Of a stretch of 33,145 bases of DNA, positions 10,818-20,237 are shown one piece after another. The stretch comes from a virus (Duplodnaviria > Heunggongvirae > Uroviricota > Caudoviricetes). Location of the stretch: the IMG/VR virus record IMGVR_UViG_2879742664_000006; one strand, written 5' to 3'. The translations under genes and the position numbers were made by a program. The notes under the pieces are model-generated. The model was not told the DNA's origin. It searched no databases and saw only the letters and a list, made by a program, of their open reading frames with translations. Numbering within the stretch: the first letter of the stretch is position 1; the number at the start of each line of letters is the position of its first letter.

Positions 10818-11312
10818 ATGACTATAGTTGCCAGAACTGAACCCGGACCCGCAGAGGACGACATCACCGATACCGATGATGGCGATACCCGCATTTCAGC
10901 GGGTGCATTCTGGCCGGATATTGTGCTGCGCGAGCTGCGTCTGGCGGTACGACTGCCGGGGCGCGTGACCACCTCCCGCCTGCTGCATACTGCCACCGGG
11001 GCTGTGGCACACGTTACCCGCGAGCTGGAAGCATGGCAGCAGGAACAGCAGGCAGCTGGCCATCAGACGCTGGCCGATGTTCCGGCACCCGTAATTAACG
11101 GAGAAAGCGTCAATCTCTGGCACTGGCGCAATGCTGTTTATACCGCCACGCGCGCCCTGATTCTGGAGCGTTATCGTGATGCAGACACTACGGACAAGGG
11201 CGACCGCCGGGCAGACGCTCTGGATATACAGACATCGGATTTGTGGCGTGATGTGAGCTGGGCCATCTCTGACATTCTGTGCCGCCCGCGAATCTTTGCG
11301 GAGTTGTGCTGA
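10818..11312 (+). CDS. L: P2 gpL-like head completion protein
   Basis: MTIVARTEPGPAEDD...; RBS caggag before ATG 10818; stop overlaps the next start (TGATG). Confidence 0.85.
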   Translation: MTIVARTEPGPAEDDITDTDDGDTRISAGAFWPDIVLRELRLAVRLPGRVTTSRLLHTATGAVAHVTRELEAWQQEQQAAGHQTLADVPAPVINGESVNLWHWRNAVYTATRALILERYRDADTTDKGDRRADALDIQTSDLWRDVSWAISDILCRPRIFAELC

Positions 11313-11512
11313 TGAAAGTGAAGGCACTGGAAGGCGACACCGTGGATTCGCTCTGTTTCCGGTACTACGGCACGACGCAGGGCGTCACCGAAAAGGTGCT
11401 GGATGCCAACCCCGGACTCTGTCAGCAGGTATTTCTGGACGCCGGGCAGGAAGTGGAGATGCCGGAGCCGGAGAAGAAGAAACGAGAAATGATTCAGTTG
11501 TGGGGGGAGTAG
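11312..11512 (+). CDS. X: P2 gpX-like small tail protein
   Basis: 66-aa MKVKALEGDTVDSLCFRYYGTTQGVTEKVLDANPGL...; position after L. Confidence 0.8.
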   Translation: MKVKALEGDTVDSLCFRYYGTTQGVTEKVLDANPGLCQQVFLDAGQEVEMPEPEKKKREMIQLWGE

Positions 11513-11514
11513 CA

Positions 11515-11838
11515 GTGAGCACCATTCAAACAGGGATCACAGAGCAGGTTATTGCGTGGCTCTTTGACCACCTGCCAACGGTGTATGCAGTAGGCGCGGC
11601 GGTCAGCATTTCCGCGCTGATGAGCCTTTATGACGGACGAACACTGGTTCAGACCGTAACGGGATCGCTGGCGTGCGGCGTTCTTGCCATGGCCGTGGCC
11701 GGGTCGTTGCGCTTCTTCGGGTTTCCTGAAGATGCCGTGACGTTTATCGGCGCATCAATCGGTTTTATGGGTGCAGAGAAAGCACGCGACAAGGTTATTG
11801 CGGCCTTTAATCGCAGGGTGAAGGAGAAGGACGAATGA
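11515..11838 (+). CDS. Putative holin
   Basis: 107-aa GTG-initiated ORF with RBS gggggag; hydrophobic helices (WLFDHLPTVYAVGAAVSISALMSL; LACGVLAMAVAGSL) and charged C-terminus; directly upstream of the endolysin. Confidence 0.6.
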   Translation: MSTIQTGITEQVIAWLFDHLPTVYAVGAAVSISALMSLYDGRTLVQTVTGSLACGVLAMAVAGSLRFFGFPEDAVTFIGASIGFMGAEKARDKVIAAFNRRVKEKDE

Positions 11839-12227
11839 GCAACACATTTAAATTCAGCAGCCGGAGCGAAAAGAATTTGCAGGGTGTAAATCCTGATCTG
11901 GTGAAAGTGACCCGACGGGCACTGGAAATCTCGGAAGTGGATTTTGGTATCACCGAAGGGTTGCGCAGCCGTTACCGCCAGAAGCAACTGGTGGCCACGG
12001 GTAAGAGCCAGACCATGAACAGCCGCCACCTTACGGGGCATGCCGTGGATGTTGTGGCTTATATCGGCAGCCAGATGTCATGGGAATGGCCGCTGTACGA
12101 AAAAATCGCAGCAGCATTCAGACAGGCCAGCCGGGAACTGAATATTCCGGTGGAATGGGGCGGCGACTGGAAGACCCTGAAAGACGGACCGCATTTTCAG
12201 TTACCACACGGAGCCTATCCGGCATGA
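11835..12227 (+). CDS. Endolysin, peptidase M15 (VanY/L-Ala-D-Glu peptidase-like)
   Basis: 130 aa; zinc-binding signature SRHLTGHAVD (SxHxxGxAxD) and downstream DGPHFQL; overlaps the holin stop (ATGA). Confidence 0.8.
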   Translation: MSNTFKFSSRSEKNLQGVNPDLVKVTRRALEISEVDFGITEGLRSRYRQKQLVATGKSQTMNSRHLTGHAVDVVAYIGSQMSWEWPLYEKIAAAFRQASRELNIPVEWGGDWKTLKDGPHFQLPHGAYPA

Positions 12228-12631
12228 AGCTCTGGCCCACGCTTGGCGTCGCTTTCCTTCTGACTGCCGGATGGGGAACATCCATGCGTCTGTCGTGGTC
12301 GCTGGGCCGGGAGAACGCCAGAAACGAAGCGCAGGCCAGCACCCTGAAAAGTACCGCCGACACCCTGAATATCATCAGCGCCGGGGTACAGGATATGCAG
12401 CAGGTGCTGGCGCAACTCCGCGTGGAAAATCAGCAACGCAATCAGGACGGAGAGGTAAGACGTGAACAGCTACGCAACGATATTGCAAAAGATGAATGCG
12501 CCCACGCTTTGCCTGACGCTCGTTTTACTGACAGGCTGCGCAGGCACGCAGAACGCGCCACTGCCAGCGCCGTCAGTCCGGCTTATACCGCAGACGCTGA
12601 CCATACCGGTAACGCCTCCCCCCTTCCCTGA
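12224..12631 (+). CDS. i-spanin (Rz/LysB-like inner-membrane spanin)
   Basis: MKLWPTLGVAFLLTAGWG N-terminal membrane anchor then coiled-coil-like region; start overlaps the endolysin stop; contains the nested o-spanin in another frame. Confidence 0.6.
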   Translation: MKLWPTLGVAFLLTAGWGTSMRLSWSLGRENARNEAQASTLKSTADTLNIISAGVQDMQQVLAQLRVENQQRNQDGEVRREQLRNDIAKDECAHALPDARFTDRLRRHAERATASAVSPAYTADADHTGNASPLP

Positions 12632-12782
12632 CACTCCCACATGGGGAAATCTCGGTATATGGGGCGACCGCCTTCTGGATGCACTGGAAACCTGTAACGC
12701 GGATAAACGGGCCATTGAATTACTGGAACAGCGCAGGCTGCAACGACTGAACAACGAGGATAACAACCATGCTGAAAACTGA
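12492..12782 (+). CDS. o-spanin (Rz1/LysC-like outer-membrane lipoprotein), overlapping the i-spanin
   Basis: MNAPTLCLTLVLLTGCAG lipoprotein signal with lipobox LTGC, proline-rich mature part; +1 frame overlap with the i-spanin and extends past it. Confidence 0.6.
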   Translation: MNAPTLCLTLVLLTGCAGTQNAPLPAPSVRLIPQTLTIPVTPPPFPDTPTWGNLGIWGDRLLDALETCNADKRAIELLEQRRLQRLNNEDNNHAEN

Positions 12783-13236
12783 TTCCCTGCGTGAAGCCAT
12801 GACCCGTTCATGCCGATGGTGTCAGGCTAACCCGGAAAAATTCACCATTTTCGTGGAGAGCGGCAACATTGAAACGACCGGAGAAACCCCATCGTTTGTT
12901 TACCGCTATCAGATGGTGATGTTTGTCATGGATTACGCCGGGGAGCTGGACGACCTCACGCTGCCGCTGCTGGCGTGGTTATCCGAAAATCAGCCACAGT
13001 TGTTGCTCAACCCTGAGCGTAATCAGGACATCAAATTTTCCGCCGTTATCAATGACGATGACAGCGCCGATCTCCTGTTTACGCTCCCCCTGCGGGAACG
13101 CGTTCGCATCACGCGCAGCAGTCAGGGCACACCGCAGGCAGAACACCTGCTGGAGCCAAAACCCCGCCTGCCATCTTCCGAAGGCGACTGGTCGCATGTA
13201 TTCCAGGATGTGACGTGGGGTGAAAGCGATGGATAA
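12769..13236 (+). CDS. R: P2 gpR-like tail completion protein
   Basis: 155-aa MLKTDSLREAMTRSCRWCQANPEKFTIFVESGN...; position after lysis genes. Confidence 0.8.
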   Translation: MLKTDSLREAMTRSCRWCQANPEKFTIFVESGNIETTGETPSFVYRYQMVMFVMDYAGELDDLTLPLLAWLSENQPQLLLNPERNQDIKFSAVINDDDSADLLFTLPLRERVRITRSSQGTPQAEHLLEPKPRLPSSEGDWSHVFQDVTWGESDG

Positions 13237-13864
13237 GGCATTCACTCGCGTGGATGAAACCTTTGAGGCCATCCGCGACAGCCTGAATCAGCAGGCCATC
13301 AATAACATCGCCAGAAAGCTGGCACAGGATTTACGCCGCGCCCAGCAGGCACGTATCCGGCCACAGAAAGCGCCGGACGGGACCGCATGGACACCACGCA
13401 GACGCCACGTAACCCGGATACAGGAGCGCATTCGCTTTATCTGGAATAACGAAGCACGCACGCTGAAAAACTGGCATCACGACACGGGGAAATACGGGCG
13501 AACCATCACCGGGTGGGATGAGGATAAAAACAGCATCCGCACGTTTTACCGGGATGACATCGACCGCTTTCTGGAAATACGCACCCGGCGCATCAACCAG
13601 GACAGCACAAAGCGCGTCCCCATGTTCGTAAAACTGCGCACCGCCCGCTACCTGAAAGCCCGTGCAGATGCTTCCGGTGTGACGGTGGGTTACAGCGGCG
13701 TGGCCGCACGTATTGCACGCGTTCATCAGTTCGGTGAGCGCGATCAGGTTGCGCCGGGCATTTTCACCGATTACCCGGTACGTGAGCTGCTGGGTATCAG
13801 CCAGGCAGATGAGCGCCTGATTTATAACACGGTGCTGGGCCGGATTGCGGAGGCTGTACGGTGA
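13229..13864 (+). CDS. S: P2 gpS-like tail completion protein
   Basis: ...ARIARVHQFGERDQVAPGIFTDYPVRELLGISQADERLIYNTV... resembles the gpS C-terminus; start could be GTG 13220 or ATG 13229. Confidence 0.75.
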   Translation: MDKAFTRVDETFEAIRDSLNQQAINNIARKLAQDLRRAQQARIRPQKAPDGTAWTPRRRHVTRIQERIRFIWNNEARTLKNWHHDTGKYGRTITGWDEDKNSIRTFYRDDIDRFLEIRTRRINQDSTKRVPMFVKLRTARYLKARADASGVTVGYSGVAARIARVHQFGERDQVAPGIFTDYPVRELLGISQADERLIYNTVLGRIAEAVR

Positions 13865-14442
13865 GCGCAGAACTCATGCGGCTACTGAGCAATATCATCC
13901 GCACCGGGATCATCTCTGAAGTTGATGAGAAGTCCTGGCGCGTGCGCGTTCGCAGCGGCGAACTGGAAACAGGTTGGCTGCGCTGGAACACCTCTCGCGC
14001 GGGAGCCTTCAATGTGTGGCTGCCGCCATCACCAGGCGAACAGGTGGTAATTGCCTGCATTGGCGGCAACCCGGAAACCGCCATGATAATTGGCAGCCTG
14101 TGGAGTGATGCCATTCCGGCCCCCGGCAAAAGCCTGAAAGAAATCGTGGTCAGCGCGCCGGATGGCGCGGTGTTCCGCTACGACGCGGACGCAGGCGCAC
14201 TGAGCGCCAGCGGCATGAAAACAGCCACCCTGCAGGCATCCGTCAGCGTGACACTGGATACGCCCGTCGTGGAATGCACAGACCTTCTGAGAACGGCGAC
14301 GCTTGACGTCACAAAAGGGGGAAAGATGAGCGGCAATATCACGCACAGCGGCGGTAATTTCACCTCAAACGGCATCACAGTGCATACGCATAAACACGGT
14401 GGCGTTAAAGGTGGCAGCGATTCGACAGGAGGCCCGCAGTGA
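13861..14442 (+). CDS. V: P2 gpV-like baseplate spike/hub protein
   Basis: GTG start overlapping S stop; ...VVIACIGGNPETAMIIGSLWSD... and C-terminal ...NGITVHTHKHGGVKGGSDSTGGP. Confidence 0.85.
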   Translation: MSAELMRLLSNIIRTGIISEVDEKSWRVRVRSGELETGWLRWNTSRAGAFNVWLPPSPGEQVVIACIGGNPETAMIIGSLWSDAIPAPGKSLKEIVVSAPDGAVFRYDADAGALSASGMKTATLQASVSVTLDTPVVECTDLLRTATLDVTKGGKMSGNITHSGGNFTSNGITVHTHKHGGVKGGSDSTGGPQ

Positions 14443-14789
14443 CAACCCGCTACACAGGAATGAACCCGGACGGAACGGGAAACCTGAACGATATGGAGCA
14501 CCTGAAACAGTCAGTCAGGGACATCCTGACCACCCCGCTGGCAAGCCGGGTTATGCGACGGGAATATGGCAGCCTTGTGCCTGATTTGATTGACGAACCC
14601 ATGAATAACACCACGCGTCTGCAATGCATGAGTGCTGCCGTGATTGCGCTGACACGATGGGAACCCCGCATTGCCCTGGACGCTATCGACGTTGTCTGGA
14701 AGGCAGGAGGCCGCGCCGGGGTGACGCTGTCGGGCACTGTCATGCAGACCATGCAGAATGTTGAATTAACCATCACGCTGAGGGAGTAA
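14439..14789 (+). CDS. W: P2 gpW-like baseplate wedge protein (gp25-like)
   Basis: 116-aa ORF, GTG start overlapping the V stop; position between V and J. Confidence 0.85.
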   Translation: MTTRYTGMNPDGTGNLNDMEHLKQSVRDILTTPLASRVMRREYGSLVPDLIDEPMNNTTRLQCMSAAVIALTRWEPRIALDAIDVVWKAGGRAGVTLSGTVMQTMQNVELTITLRE

Positions 14790-14792
14790 ATC

Positions 14793-15689
14793 ATGCCTGC
14801 CGTTGACCTTTCACAGTTACCGGAACCCGCCATCATCGCGGAGCCTGACTTTGAGGCAATTCTGGCTGACACAAAGGCCATGATGATTGCGTCCTATCCC
14901 GCCGAACAGCGTGAAGCCGTTTCCGCCGCGCTGGAGCTGGAATCGGAACCCCTTAACGTTATCGCTCAAACCATGTCGTTTCGTGAAATGCTGTTACGCC
15001 AGCGGGTCAATGAGGGTGCACGCGCCTGCATGCTAAGCCACAGCGCCGGGACAGACCTGGACAACCTCGCGGGCAATATGAACACAAAGCGCCTGGTTAT
15101 CACTCCGGCAACGGATACCACCGATGCAGTGATGGAAAGTGACACCTCGCTGAGACTACGGGCGCAACGGGCATATGACGGTCTGAGTGTTGCTGGCCCG
15201 TCAGGTGCATACGAGTATTTTGCACGCAGCGCCAGCGGTCTGGTACGCGATGCGCGGGCCATCAGCCCGTCTCCGGCCAACGTGACGGTTTCCATCCTGT
15301 CCACTGAGGGCGACGGCACAGCAACGGAGGCGTTGCTTAATACCGTTCGCGCCGTTCTGAATGCAGAGGATACCCGCCCGGTGGCCGACCGCCTGACCGT
15401 ACAGAGTGCCAGAATCGTGACATGGCGGCTGAATGCAAAACTGTACTTTTACCCCGGCCCGGAATCCGAACCTATTCTGGCCGCGGCTGAATCGTCGTTC
15501 AGGAAGTGGCTGGCTGAGCAGGGGCTTATCGGTCAGGACGTGGCGTTGTCCGCCATTGCTGCCGCACTGCATGTGCACGGTGTGCAACGCGTGGAGATAA
15601 TCGAACCCACACAGAATATGGCCATCAGCGACATACAGGCGGCGCGCTGTGCGTCATTCACCATCAGCGAAGGTGGACGCAATGAGTAA
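14793..15689 (+). CDS. J: P2 gpJ-like baseplate assembly protein
   Basis: 298-aa ORF in the V-W-J-I order. Confidence 0.9.
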   Translation: MPAVDLSQLPEPAIIAEPDFEAILADTKAMMIASYPAEQREAVSAALELESEPLNVIAQTMSFREMLLRQRVNEGARACMLSHSAGTDLDNLAGNMNTKRLVITPATDTTDAVMESDTSLRLRAQRAYDGLSVAGPSGAYEYFARSASGLVRDARAISPSPANVTVSILSTEGDGTATEALLNTVRAVLNAEDTRPVADRLTVQSARIVTWRLNAKLYFYPGPESEPILAAAESSFRKWLAEQGLIGQDVALSAIAAALHVHGVQRVEIIEPTQNMAISDIQAARCASFTISEGGRNE

Positions 15690-16212
15690 TTCGTTGTTAC
15701 CACCATCAGCCAGCAATTTCATGCGTTGTGCCGAAGCCGTCGGAACACGCATTACAGACATTCCGGTAGACCTCAACACGCTGTGGTCGCCGGACACCTG
15801 CCCGGTGCATCTGCTGCCTTATCTCGCCTGGGCGTTTTCCGTTGACCGCTGGGATCGCAACTGGCCGGAAGAGACAAAGCGACAGGTTATTCGTGATGCA
15901 TGGCTGATACACCGACACAAAGGGACCATCAGCGCACTGCGCCGGGCCATTGAGCCGCTGGGATACCTCATTCGCGTGTCTGAGTGGTGGGAGTTCGGCG
16001 GAGAACCGGGAACATTTACCGTTGAAGTCGGCACGCTGGACAGTGGCGTGACGGAGGAAATGTATCTGGAAATGGAGCGGTTGATTGCTGATGCCCGCCC
16101 GGTCAGCCGCCACATGACAGGGCTGAATATCATTCAGGAAATTCCGGGGGATATTTTCGCAGCGGCGGCAACTTATGACGGTGAAGTTATTACCATTTAT
16201 CCAGGCGATTAA
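15682..16212 (+). CDS. I: P2 gpI-like baseplate/tail protein
   Basis: MSNSLLPPSASNFMRCAEAVGTRITDIPVDL...; start ATG 15682 overlaps the J stop. Confidence 0.85.
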   Translation: MSNSLLPPSASNFMRCAEAVGTRITDIPVDLNTLWSPDTCPVHLLPYLAWAFSVDRWDRNWPEETKRQVIRDAWLIHRHKGTISALRRAIEPLGYLIRVSEWWEFGGEPGTFTVEVGTLDSGVTEEMYLEMERLIADARPVSRHMTGLNIIQEIPGDIFAAAATYDGEVITIYPGD

Positions 16213-16214
16213 GC

Positions 16215-18200
16215 ATGAGTACCACAACACGAAAATTTAAAACCATTATCACCGATACGGGTGCAAAAAAATTAGCTCAGGTAGCCGCGCCAGATGGTAA
16301 GCCTGTCCGCCTGACTCATATGGCCGTGGGCGACGGTGGCGGCACGTTGCCCACACCAGACAGTAAGCAGACCCGTCTGGTGCATGAGGTGTGGCGACAT
16401 ACTGTTAATCGCGTCATCCTGGACGCAACACATCAGAACCGCATTATTGCGGAGCTGGTTATTCCTCCTGAAACGGGCGGATTCTGGATCCGGGAAATTG
16501 GTGTATTTGATGAGCACGGCGATTTAATCGCGGTGGGAAATACTGCCGAAAGTTACAAGCCAGCCGTTGCCGAAGGGTCCGGTCGTGCACAAACATTTCG
16601 CACCATTCTGACCGTATCCAGCACTGCCACCGTGGCGCTTACCGTGGACAACACCATGGTGATGGCCACAGTGGATTACGTGGATGACAAACTGAAAGAG
16701 CATGAACAGTCACGACGTCACCCGGACGCCTCGCTGACCGCAAAAGGCTTTGTTCAACTCAGTAGCGCCACTAACAGCGTGTCTGAAACGCAGGCTGCAA
16801 CGCCGAAAGCAGTAAAGGCCGCGTATGATCTTGCTAACGGTAAATATACTGCGCAGGATGCCAGCACGACGCGAAAAGGCCTTGTCCAGCTCAGTAGCGC
16901 CACCAACAGCACGTCTGAAACGCAGGCTGCAACGCCGAAAGCAGTAAAGGCCGCGTATGACCTTGCTAACGCAAAATATACCGCTCAGGACGCCACGACG
17001 GCACAAAAAGGGATAGTCCAGCTCAGTAGTGCCACCAACAGCACGTCTGAAACACTGGCCGCGACATCGAAAGCGGTTAAGGCGGTAATGGATGAAACGA
17101 ACAAGAAAGCGCCCTTAAACAGTCCTGCGCTGACCGGAACGCCAACAACGCCAGCTGCGCGACAGGGAACGAATAATACCCAAATCGCAAGCACGGCTTT
17201 CGTTATGGCTGCGATTGCCGCCCTTGTAGATTCGTCACCTGACGCACTGAATACGCTGAACGAGTTAGCGGCGGCGCTGGGAAACGCCCCGAATTTTGCG
17301 ACCACCATGACTAACGCGCTTGCGGGTAAGCAACCGAAAGATGCCACCCTGACGGCGCTGGCCGGGCTTGCTACTGCGGCAGACAGGTTTCCGTATTTTA
17401 CGGGGAATGATGTCGCCAGCCTGGCAACCCTGACAAAAGTCGGGCGGGATATTCTTGCGAAATCGACCGTTGCTGCCGTTATCGAATACCTCGGTTTACG
17501 AGAACTCGGCACAAGCGGGGAGAAAATACCGTTACTCAGTACAGCGAATACCTGGACCAATCGACAAACATTCAGCGGTGGCCTTTCTGGGGAACTGTCC
17601 GGCAATGCCGCTACTGCAACAAAGCTGAAAACAGCACGAAAAATTGCTGGAGTTGGTTTTGATGGTTCTAGCGATATTTCAATTAGTGCCAAAAATGTCA
17701 ATGCATTTGCACTCCGACAAACAGGTAATACTGTTAATGGTGATACATCCGTTGGATGGAATTGGGATAGTGGTGCATATAACGCCCTGATTGGTGGTGC
17801 ATCTGCATTAATTCTTCACTTTAATATAAATGCTGGTAGCTGTCCTGCCGTACAATTCCGTGTGAATTATAAAAATGGTGGCATTTCCTACAGGTCGGCT
17901 CGTGATGGTTATGGGGTTGAATTAGGTTGGTCAGATTTCTATACCACGACACGAAAACCTTCAGCGGGAGATGTTGGTGCATATACGCGGGCAGAATGTA
18001 ACTCAAGGTTTATTACAGGTATTCGCCTTGGCGGTCTGTCATCTGTTCAGACATGGAATGGTCCCGGCTGGTCTGACAGGTCAGGTTATGTCGTTACGGG
18101 TTCAGTTAACGGAAACCGTGATGAATTAATTGATACAACACAGGCAAGGCCAATTCAGTATTGCATTAATGGGACGTGGTATAACGCGGGGAGTATTTAA
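16215..18200 (+). CDS. H: Tail fibre protein (P2 gpH-like), current fusion of constant N-terminal part with variable C-terminal segment Sv
   Basis: 661 aa; three tandem 44-aa collar repeats (KGxVQLSSATNSxSETQAATPKAVKAAYDLANxKYTAQDA); conserved crossover motif ...IEYLGLRE... at the gix-like site; followed by an assembly chaperone gene. Confidence 0.9.
   Translation: MSTTTRKFKTIITDTGAKKLAQVAAPDGKPVRLTHMAVGDGGGTLPTPDSKQTRLVHEVWRHTVNRVILDATHQNRIIAELVIPPETGGFWIREIGVFDEHGDLIAVGNTAESYKPAVAEGSGRAQTFRTILTVSSTATVALTVDNTMVMATVDYVDDKLKEHEQSRRHPDASLTAKGFVQLSSATNSVSETQAATPKAVKAAYDLANGKYTAQDASTTRKGLVQLSSATNSTSETQAATPKAVKAAYDLANAKYTAQDATTAQKGIVQLSSATNSTSETLAATSKAVKAVMDETNKKAPLNSPALTGTPTTPAARQGTNNTQIASTAFVMAAIAALVDSSPDALNTLNELAAALGNAPNFATTMTNALAGKQPKDATLTALAGLATAADRFPYFTGNDVASLATLTKVGRDILAKSTVAAVIEYLGLRELGTSGEKIPLLSTANTWTNRQTFSGGLSGELSGNAATATKLKTARKIAGVGFDGSSDISISAKNVNAFALRQTGNTVNGDTSVGWNWDSGAYNALIGGASALILHFNINAGSCPAVQFRVNYKNGGISYRSARDGYGVELGWSDFYTTTRKPSAGDVGAYTRAECNSRFITGIRLGGLSSVQTWNGPGWSDRSGYVVTGSVNGNRDELIDTTQARPIQYCINGTWYNAGSI
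16743..17100. repeat. Tandem 132-bp repeats (about 2.7 copies) inside the tail fibre gene
   Basis: Near-identical DNA units beginning aaaggc(t/c)ttgt(t/c)ca(a/g)ctcagtagcgcc at 16743 and 16875, partial third from 17007. Confidence 0.7.
17479..17504. other. Left gix/cix-like crossover site of the invertible fibre segment (inside H)
   Basis: ttatcgaatacctcggtttacgagaa is the imperfect inverted complement of the site at 20158-20183 (shared core cctcggtttac); lies at the EYLGL codons. Confidence 0.7.
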
Positions 18201-18202
18201 CG

Positions 18203-18736
18203 ATGATGCACTTAAAAAACATTACTGCTGGCAACCCTAAAACAAAAGAGCAATACCAGCTAACAAAGCAATTTAACATCAAATGGCTTTATTCAGATGA
18301 TGGGAAAAACTGGTATGAGGAACAAAAGAATTTCCAGCCAGACACTTTGAAAATGGTCTATTACCATAACGGCGTTATTATTTGTATTGAAAAGGATGTT
18401 TCAGCAATTAATCCGGAAGGCGCAAGCGTCGTTGAATTACCTGATATTACAGCAAATCGCCGGGCTGATATTTCGGGGAAATGGTTGTTCAAAGATGGCG
18501 TAGTGATAAAGCGAACTTATACCGAGGAAGAGCAGAGGCAACAAGCGGAAAATGAAAAGCAAAGCCTGTTGCAACTTGTCAGGGATAAAACCCAGCTATG
18601 GGACTCACAGCTACGGCTGGGCATCATTTCCGACGAGAATAAACAAAAATTAACCGAGTGGATGCTCTATGCGCAGAAAGTCGAATCTACAGACACCTCC
18701 AGCCTGCCAGTAACGTTTCCCGAACAACCAGAATGA
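18203..18736 (+). CDS. Tail fibre assembly chaperone (Tfa; P2 gpG / Mu U-like)
   Basis: 177-aa [40 protein letters not shown]...; directly after the fibre gene; paralogous to the minus-strand copy at 18765-19293. Confidence 0.85.
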   Translation: MMHLKNITAGNPKTKEQYQLTKQFNIKWLYSDDGKNWYEEQKNFQPDTLKMVYYHNGVIICIEKDVSAINPEGASVVELPDITANRRADISGKWLFKDGVVIKRTYTEEEQRQQAENEKQSLLQLVRDKTQLWDSQLRLGIISDENKQKLTEWMLYAQKVESTDTSSLPVTFPEQPE

Positions 18737-18739
18737 GAG

Positions 18740-18766
18740 AAGGCCCGATATTGGGCCTTAATTTTT
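18740..18766. terminator. Bidirectional terminator hairpin between the two convergent chaperone genes
   Basis: aaggccc-gatatt-gggcctt perfect hairpin followed by aattttt. Confidence 0.5.
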
Positions 18767-19293
18767 ACTCAGGCTTTTGTGGCCATTCGGGATTTGCTGT
18801 ATCCACACGGCTGACCAGAACGCTGTAGCGTTCCCATGACTCCAGTCGTGTGCGTTCCTCATCCATCGCCATATTCAGCCTGACAGCGCGTTCCAGTGGC
18901 TGAATAACGCTTTCAGCTTCAGAAAGCAACGCGACCTTTTGTGATTCGGCCTGTTGTTGCTGTTCGTCTGCTGTATAAATCCGCTTAACCACAGTTCCGT
19001 CCTTAAACATCCACTTCCCTGAATCATCGGCACGACGATTGGCTGTTATATCTGGAATCTCAACGACACTAAAGCCTTCGGGATTAAGCGTTGGGGCATC
19101 TTTGGTTATGGCAACAATAATATTATTTTCGTCGTATACAATCTTTATGGTGTCGTCCTGAAAGTTATTTACTTCCTCATACCAGTTTTTACCGTCTTCG
19201 GACCATAACCAGATAACATCAAAATTCTTTGTTAGCTGATATTGTTCTTTTGTTTTTGGATTTCCGGACTTAATATTTTTTAATATGCTGCAT
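18765..19293 (-). pseudogene. Alternate tail fibre assembly chaperone (Tfa', Mu U'-like), frameshifted at codons 5-6 as sequenced
   Basis: ATG at 19293 gives MQHIKKY* then stop; the body ([37 protein letters not shown]...) is in the +1 frame; removing one A from the A6 run (plus-strand T6 at 19276-19281) gives [17 protein letters not shown]..., colinear with Tfa. Confidence 0.7.
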
Positions 19294-19296
19294 AAT

Positions 19297-20157
19297 TTAC
19301 ACCTGTGCGACGTTATACCATGTGCCATTGATGTATTTTTGTATTGGTCTGAAGATGGCTTCATCATCGCCATCTACTTCACCAATGATTCTTAATCCGG
19401 TAATTGCGTGTCCGGCTTTTTCATAACGACCACCACGCGCCATCAATTGAACAACACGCGTACCCAGGCGAACATCTTTTACATAGCGTGAATCAAAATT
19501 CCCCCAGTTGCTGGGCTGTATCTGACCGTTAACAGAAAATATTACCGAGTTATCTGTATTTCGCTGGCTATAGAAATGCCATCCTGCCTCATTGCCTAAC
19601 TCTGCAACTACTGGACGGGTTGAAGCACCCCATAAATTAAACGTTGCATTCTTTGTGGAGTTGTTGGAGCTGGATAGCGTGAATTTTTTACCATCCCCGG
19701 CCTGAATATTTTTAAAAGCAATAGCCACTCCATTCTGAAAGCGGAATACACGCTGACTATTAGCATAAACATCCAGAATACCGTCTCCATTCTGTTTAAA
19801 TCCGGTGTCATTATCACCAAGAACAATAGAGCTACCACCTAACGCATTCGTCGAACCAACTCCAAGACTGCCATTAATGACAGCATTAACAAGAATATTT
19901 AGTGCATCCCATTTCAGCGTCATCAGGTCTTTTGTTGTGGTGCTCTGGCGGCTTCTCCATTTGAAATATTCATTGCCGTTGTCGCCTGTTTCAAACCACA
20001 TGTATGAATCAGTGTCACCATCGGCATCATTTTTAAATCCAATCTTCGCCCAGTCAGTATTTCGAATCCAGGCAAGGATTGAGTCATTTTCAAAAGTAAG
20101 CCCACCGGACAAGGTATCGCCATTTTTTTGCACGGCGTTACCAGCCCTGTTTACCGT
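19297..20157 (-). CDS. Alternate tail fibre C-terminal segment (Sv'), no start of its own; expressed only after inversion
   Basis: Minus-strand frame open from the right gix site (...[23 protein letters not shown]...) to a stop at 19297; C-terminus ...[17 protein letters not shown] parallels the current H C-terminus ...RPIQYCINGTWYNAGSI. Confidence 0.75.
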   Translation of the reverse strand, partial: TVNRAGNAVQKNGDTLSGGLTFENDSILAWIRNTDWAKIGFKNDADGDTDSYMWFETGDNGNEYFKWRSRQSTTTKDLMTLKWDALNILVNAVINGSLGVGSTNALGGSSIVLGDNDTGFKQNGDGILDVYANSQRVFRFQNGVAIAFKNIQAGDGKKFTLSSSNNSTKNATFNLWGASTRPVVAELGNEAGWHFYSQRNTDNSVIFSVNGQIQPSNWGNFDSRYVKDVRLGTRVVQLMARGGRYEKAGHAITGLRIIGEVDGDDEAIFRPIQKYINGTWYNVAQV

Positions 20158-20183
20158 TTCCTGTAAACCGAGGTTTTAAATAA
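20158..20183. other. Right gix/cix-like crossover site of the invertible segment
   Basis: ttcctgtaaaccgaggttttaaataa closely resembles the Mu gix consensus as I remember it; inverted relative to 17479-17504; 54 bp upstream of the invertase gene. Confidence 0.75.
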
Positions 20184-20237
20184 TGGCCGTTTCTGGCCTG
20201 CATGGCATGATTTGCGCTTTTGGACGGGAGATTCAGT

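Noticed and set aside
12080-12631. Extended i-spanin start at 12080 (MGMAAVRKNRSS...)
   Set aside because: The upstream extension overlaps the endolysin gene in another frame; ATG 12224 with a membrane anchor immediately after it is the more plausible start.
16710-17701. Minus-strand ORFs 16710..17006 and 16985..17701 inside the tail fibre gene
   Set aside because: Antisense to H and generated by the tandem repeats; no start context.
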